Positions 61,694 to 64,000 of a DNA stretch of 64,000 nucleotides are shown one piece after another. The stretch covers positions 75,330,001 through 75,394,000 of the forward strand of contig CM060733.1 in NCBI GenBank assembly GCA_030704615.1. The letters are read 5' to 3'. Origin of the DNA: Takakia lepidozioides (Eukaryota; Plantae; Bryophyta). The notes below the pieces were generated by a model, which was not told where the DNA came from, searched no databases, and saw nothing but the letters and a program-made list of their open reading frames with translations. A program made the position numbers and the translations under genes. Positions within the stretch are counted from its first letter, which is position 1; each line of letters opens with the position of its first letter.

Positions 61694-64000
61694 GTTGCCT
61701 CCTGATTTCGTGAGGCACCTCCCTTCGCTCTCTTATTTCATTGAAAGACCATTTTTTGCTTCTGCTGGTATTGACATTCTTAAAGTGGATTTGTTCTTAC
61801 TGCAAGATGCCAGTAGAGTATGACTTTAGGCGTTAGCCGAGTTTCATCATGTGTAGATGGACGTAGGAAGACATTTTGTACATTGAGGTGGCTTCCTCCA
61901 CCGAGTATATATATACAAATGCATTGATGTGTATTTGGGTGCACTTTTTCATGCTATATTCAAGGGAGTTTGGGTGGATGCTATATGTGAATTAGGGTAT
62001 TTTGAATTATATAGTGCCTCCTTCATGTGGTGAAGCAATGTATGTATTCCCCTTGTGTGTATAATGTGTACTTTGGGTTTTACCCCGTATGATAATGAAC
62101 AGCACCATGTATGGAAACTGATAATGACATGGTTGTTTTTGGCATCTTAGGATGTCGGCCACAACCCCACGACGTTAATTCACGAAGTTCATGATCTTGT
62201 CATGAACCGGGATTTTGTTCCTTCGGAGGGGGGTGCGTGTCAAAGGGACCCAACCCCGTCTGACATGGCGGCCTCCGATGATGAATACTGCAGGAGGGAC
62301 GTCTATACCGCAGTTCATGGGCAGGAGGAACGTGTCTTTTTTTGCCAGGGGGCTTGCGTGTTTACAAGGGCAGCACGAACTCCCTGTCTTCTTCCTCGAC
62401 AACCAAGTTGTAGCCCAGTGGTTATGGGCACATACCACCTCGGAAGTGGTTGTGGGTTCAATCCACCCTTGGTGTCACAAAGGTGTCCACCTTCCTAGCA
62501 GAAGGCAGTAGCCCTTCGGGGTGAAGTGACTCCATAAGTTACGCTTCTTTCGGGAGGCGTCATACTTTTTTTTCTTCTTCCTCAATGTGTTCTATGAAGA
62601 CGACATTCCCCTGCTCGAAAATAGAAAGGAAGCTGAAGAGTCGGGCACTGCAGAGGAGAATTTGGATCGCCGAACACACTCCAAAACCCGGAAAGGGATG
62701 AGAAGCCTACCTACGCGGACTATAACGTATGGCTACAAAATGTCGCAAGTGCGGCAACGCCACGTATCCGGCTGCACGACGTACCCGAACTATCTACCAC
62801 GTGGCCCGGAAAATCTTGAAATTGCACTAACGGATGAAACATACAATCCCTCATCCATGGAATCACGACAACCATCGTACTTTGATCCGGATGAGACATG
62901 TACGTCGAATGCCGCTTCATGAACGCCATCCATACCTACTTGAGCAATAACGGATGCTACCAGATTACGAAACTTGCGTCATCGCCACGTGCCCGACTGC
63001 AAGTGTATTTTGTCATTTCCGCCACGTGGCCAGGACTAGATTACGCAACTACAGTTAAGGATGAGAAATGGAGGACAAATGGATGCTAGGGTTTATCGCG
63101 CGTCATCCGCAATACTTTCATATTTCAATTTCCGTCCCCCATTTCTAGGTCGAATCGAGGTTAGGGTTTGAAAATGTCATCCATATTGGCGGCATCAACT
63201 CGTCCATACTACATTCATCCATATGATAGGTGTATTGCGCACATTCAGCCAAACACAATATCGTGACTAATCTCCTTTGCGAGCTCGTGGAAGATTGGGA
63301 AGGAGCCACAAATATGCTTCAGATAGCGCGTGTTGGATGTGAATGATCGCGCGATATCCTTCAACTCTGCAAATGCCTGTCGGAAGCATTGGTCGGCGCC
63401 GACCATACACTCCTACAACATTTAAGGTGAACTGTTCTTGGTGTTGAACTCTCTGGATACCATCGAATTTGAAGAATTCCGTAAGGTCGGGGCCGACTTC
63501 GATTTGTTTGAGTGCCTTCATGGCTCGAAATCTTGCATAAGATACACGAACTATCTTGGTTGGCGCCGACTATACCCTCACAATGCGGGAAATGCATCAA
63601 AGGCCCAACCGGATATCGACGAATATTCCATCTCGAAGGTGTACATTTCCGGGAAATTGAAGGTCGGTGCTAACTACCAGCAGAATAAACGCTCAAAACA
63701 AGGTGTTTTGGGACTGTTTGTGCATAGATAAGGAAGTCGGCAGTGACTACAGTGCATCTTTCGAAAGAGGTTGCCGTTATAACCAATAGTCGCTGCCGAC
63801 TTTCCCGTTTGTGAACCAATTTTCAAAAAACAACTTCATAAAATGAAGATCCGCAGCGAACACAGGCCGATCGGTCAGCCGATTTCAACATTGAGTGTAA
63901 TAGTCGCCAACGACTATCCCGATGTGTCTAGAAATTGAATCGGTATCAGGCAGACCCGACGTCGGAATTGATTAAAATTTGAACAAGAACAAGTCAGTAC

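Overview
Eukaryotic land-plant nuclear DNA, very TE-rich. A non-seed plant (bryophyte/lycophyte/fern) is inferred from the Gypsy RT style and a PLS-type PPR remnant. One intact host gene can be rebuilt exon by exon: a 12-exon HAD-superfamily cytosolic 5'-nucleotidase (NT5DC/cN-II-like, minus strand, 29931-21037, 601 aa). The rest is mostly mobile DNA. (1) A full-length Ty3/Gypsy LTR element (51020-60348, TSD ACTCC) is nested antisense inside an internally deleted sister element (LTR 60682-61693, body running to ~47790), and a third inverted fragment lies at 44766-46076. (2) A near full-length LINE (40540-31189) carries an internal ~370-bp inversion and a CACTA non-autonomous element (32938-34042, TSD TGA). 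(3) There are further LINE fragments, a MULE/SWIM transposase relic, tRNA-like SINE candidates, kelch, PPR and RING gene fragments, and three different palindrome arrays. The most unusual signals are: Gypsy accessory coding regions showing mainly synonymous divergence (one upstream of gag that appears to read through the LTR end and PBS, and one fused downstream of integrase with a CCHC knuckle); an intact 192-aa orphan ORF flanked by palindromic repeats; and a conserved 5' hairpin motif shared by two diverged LINEs.
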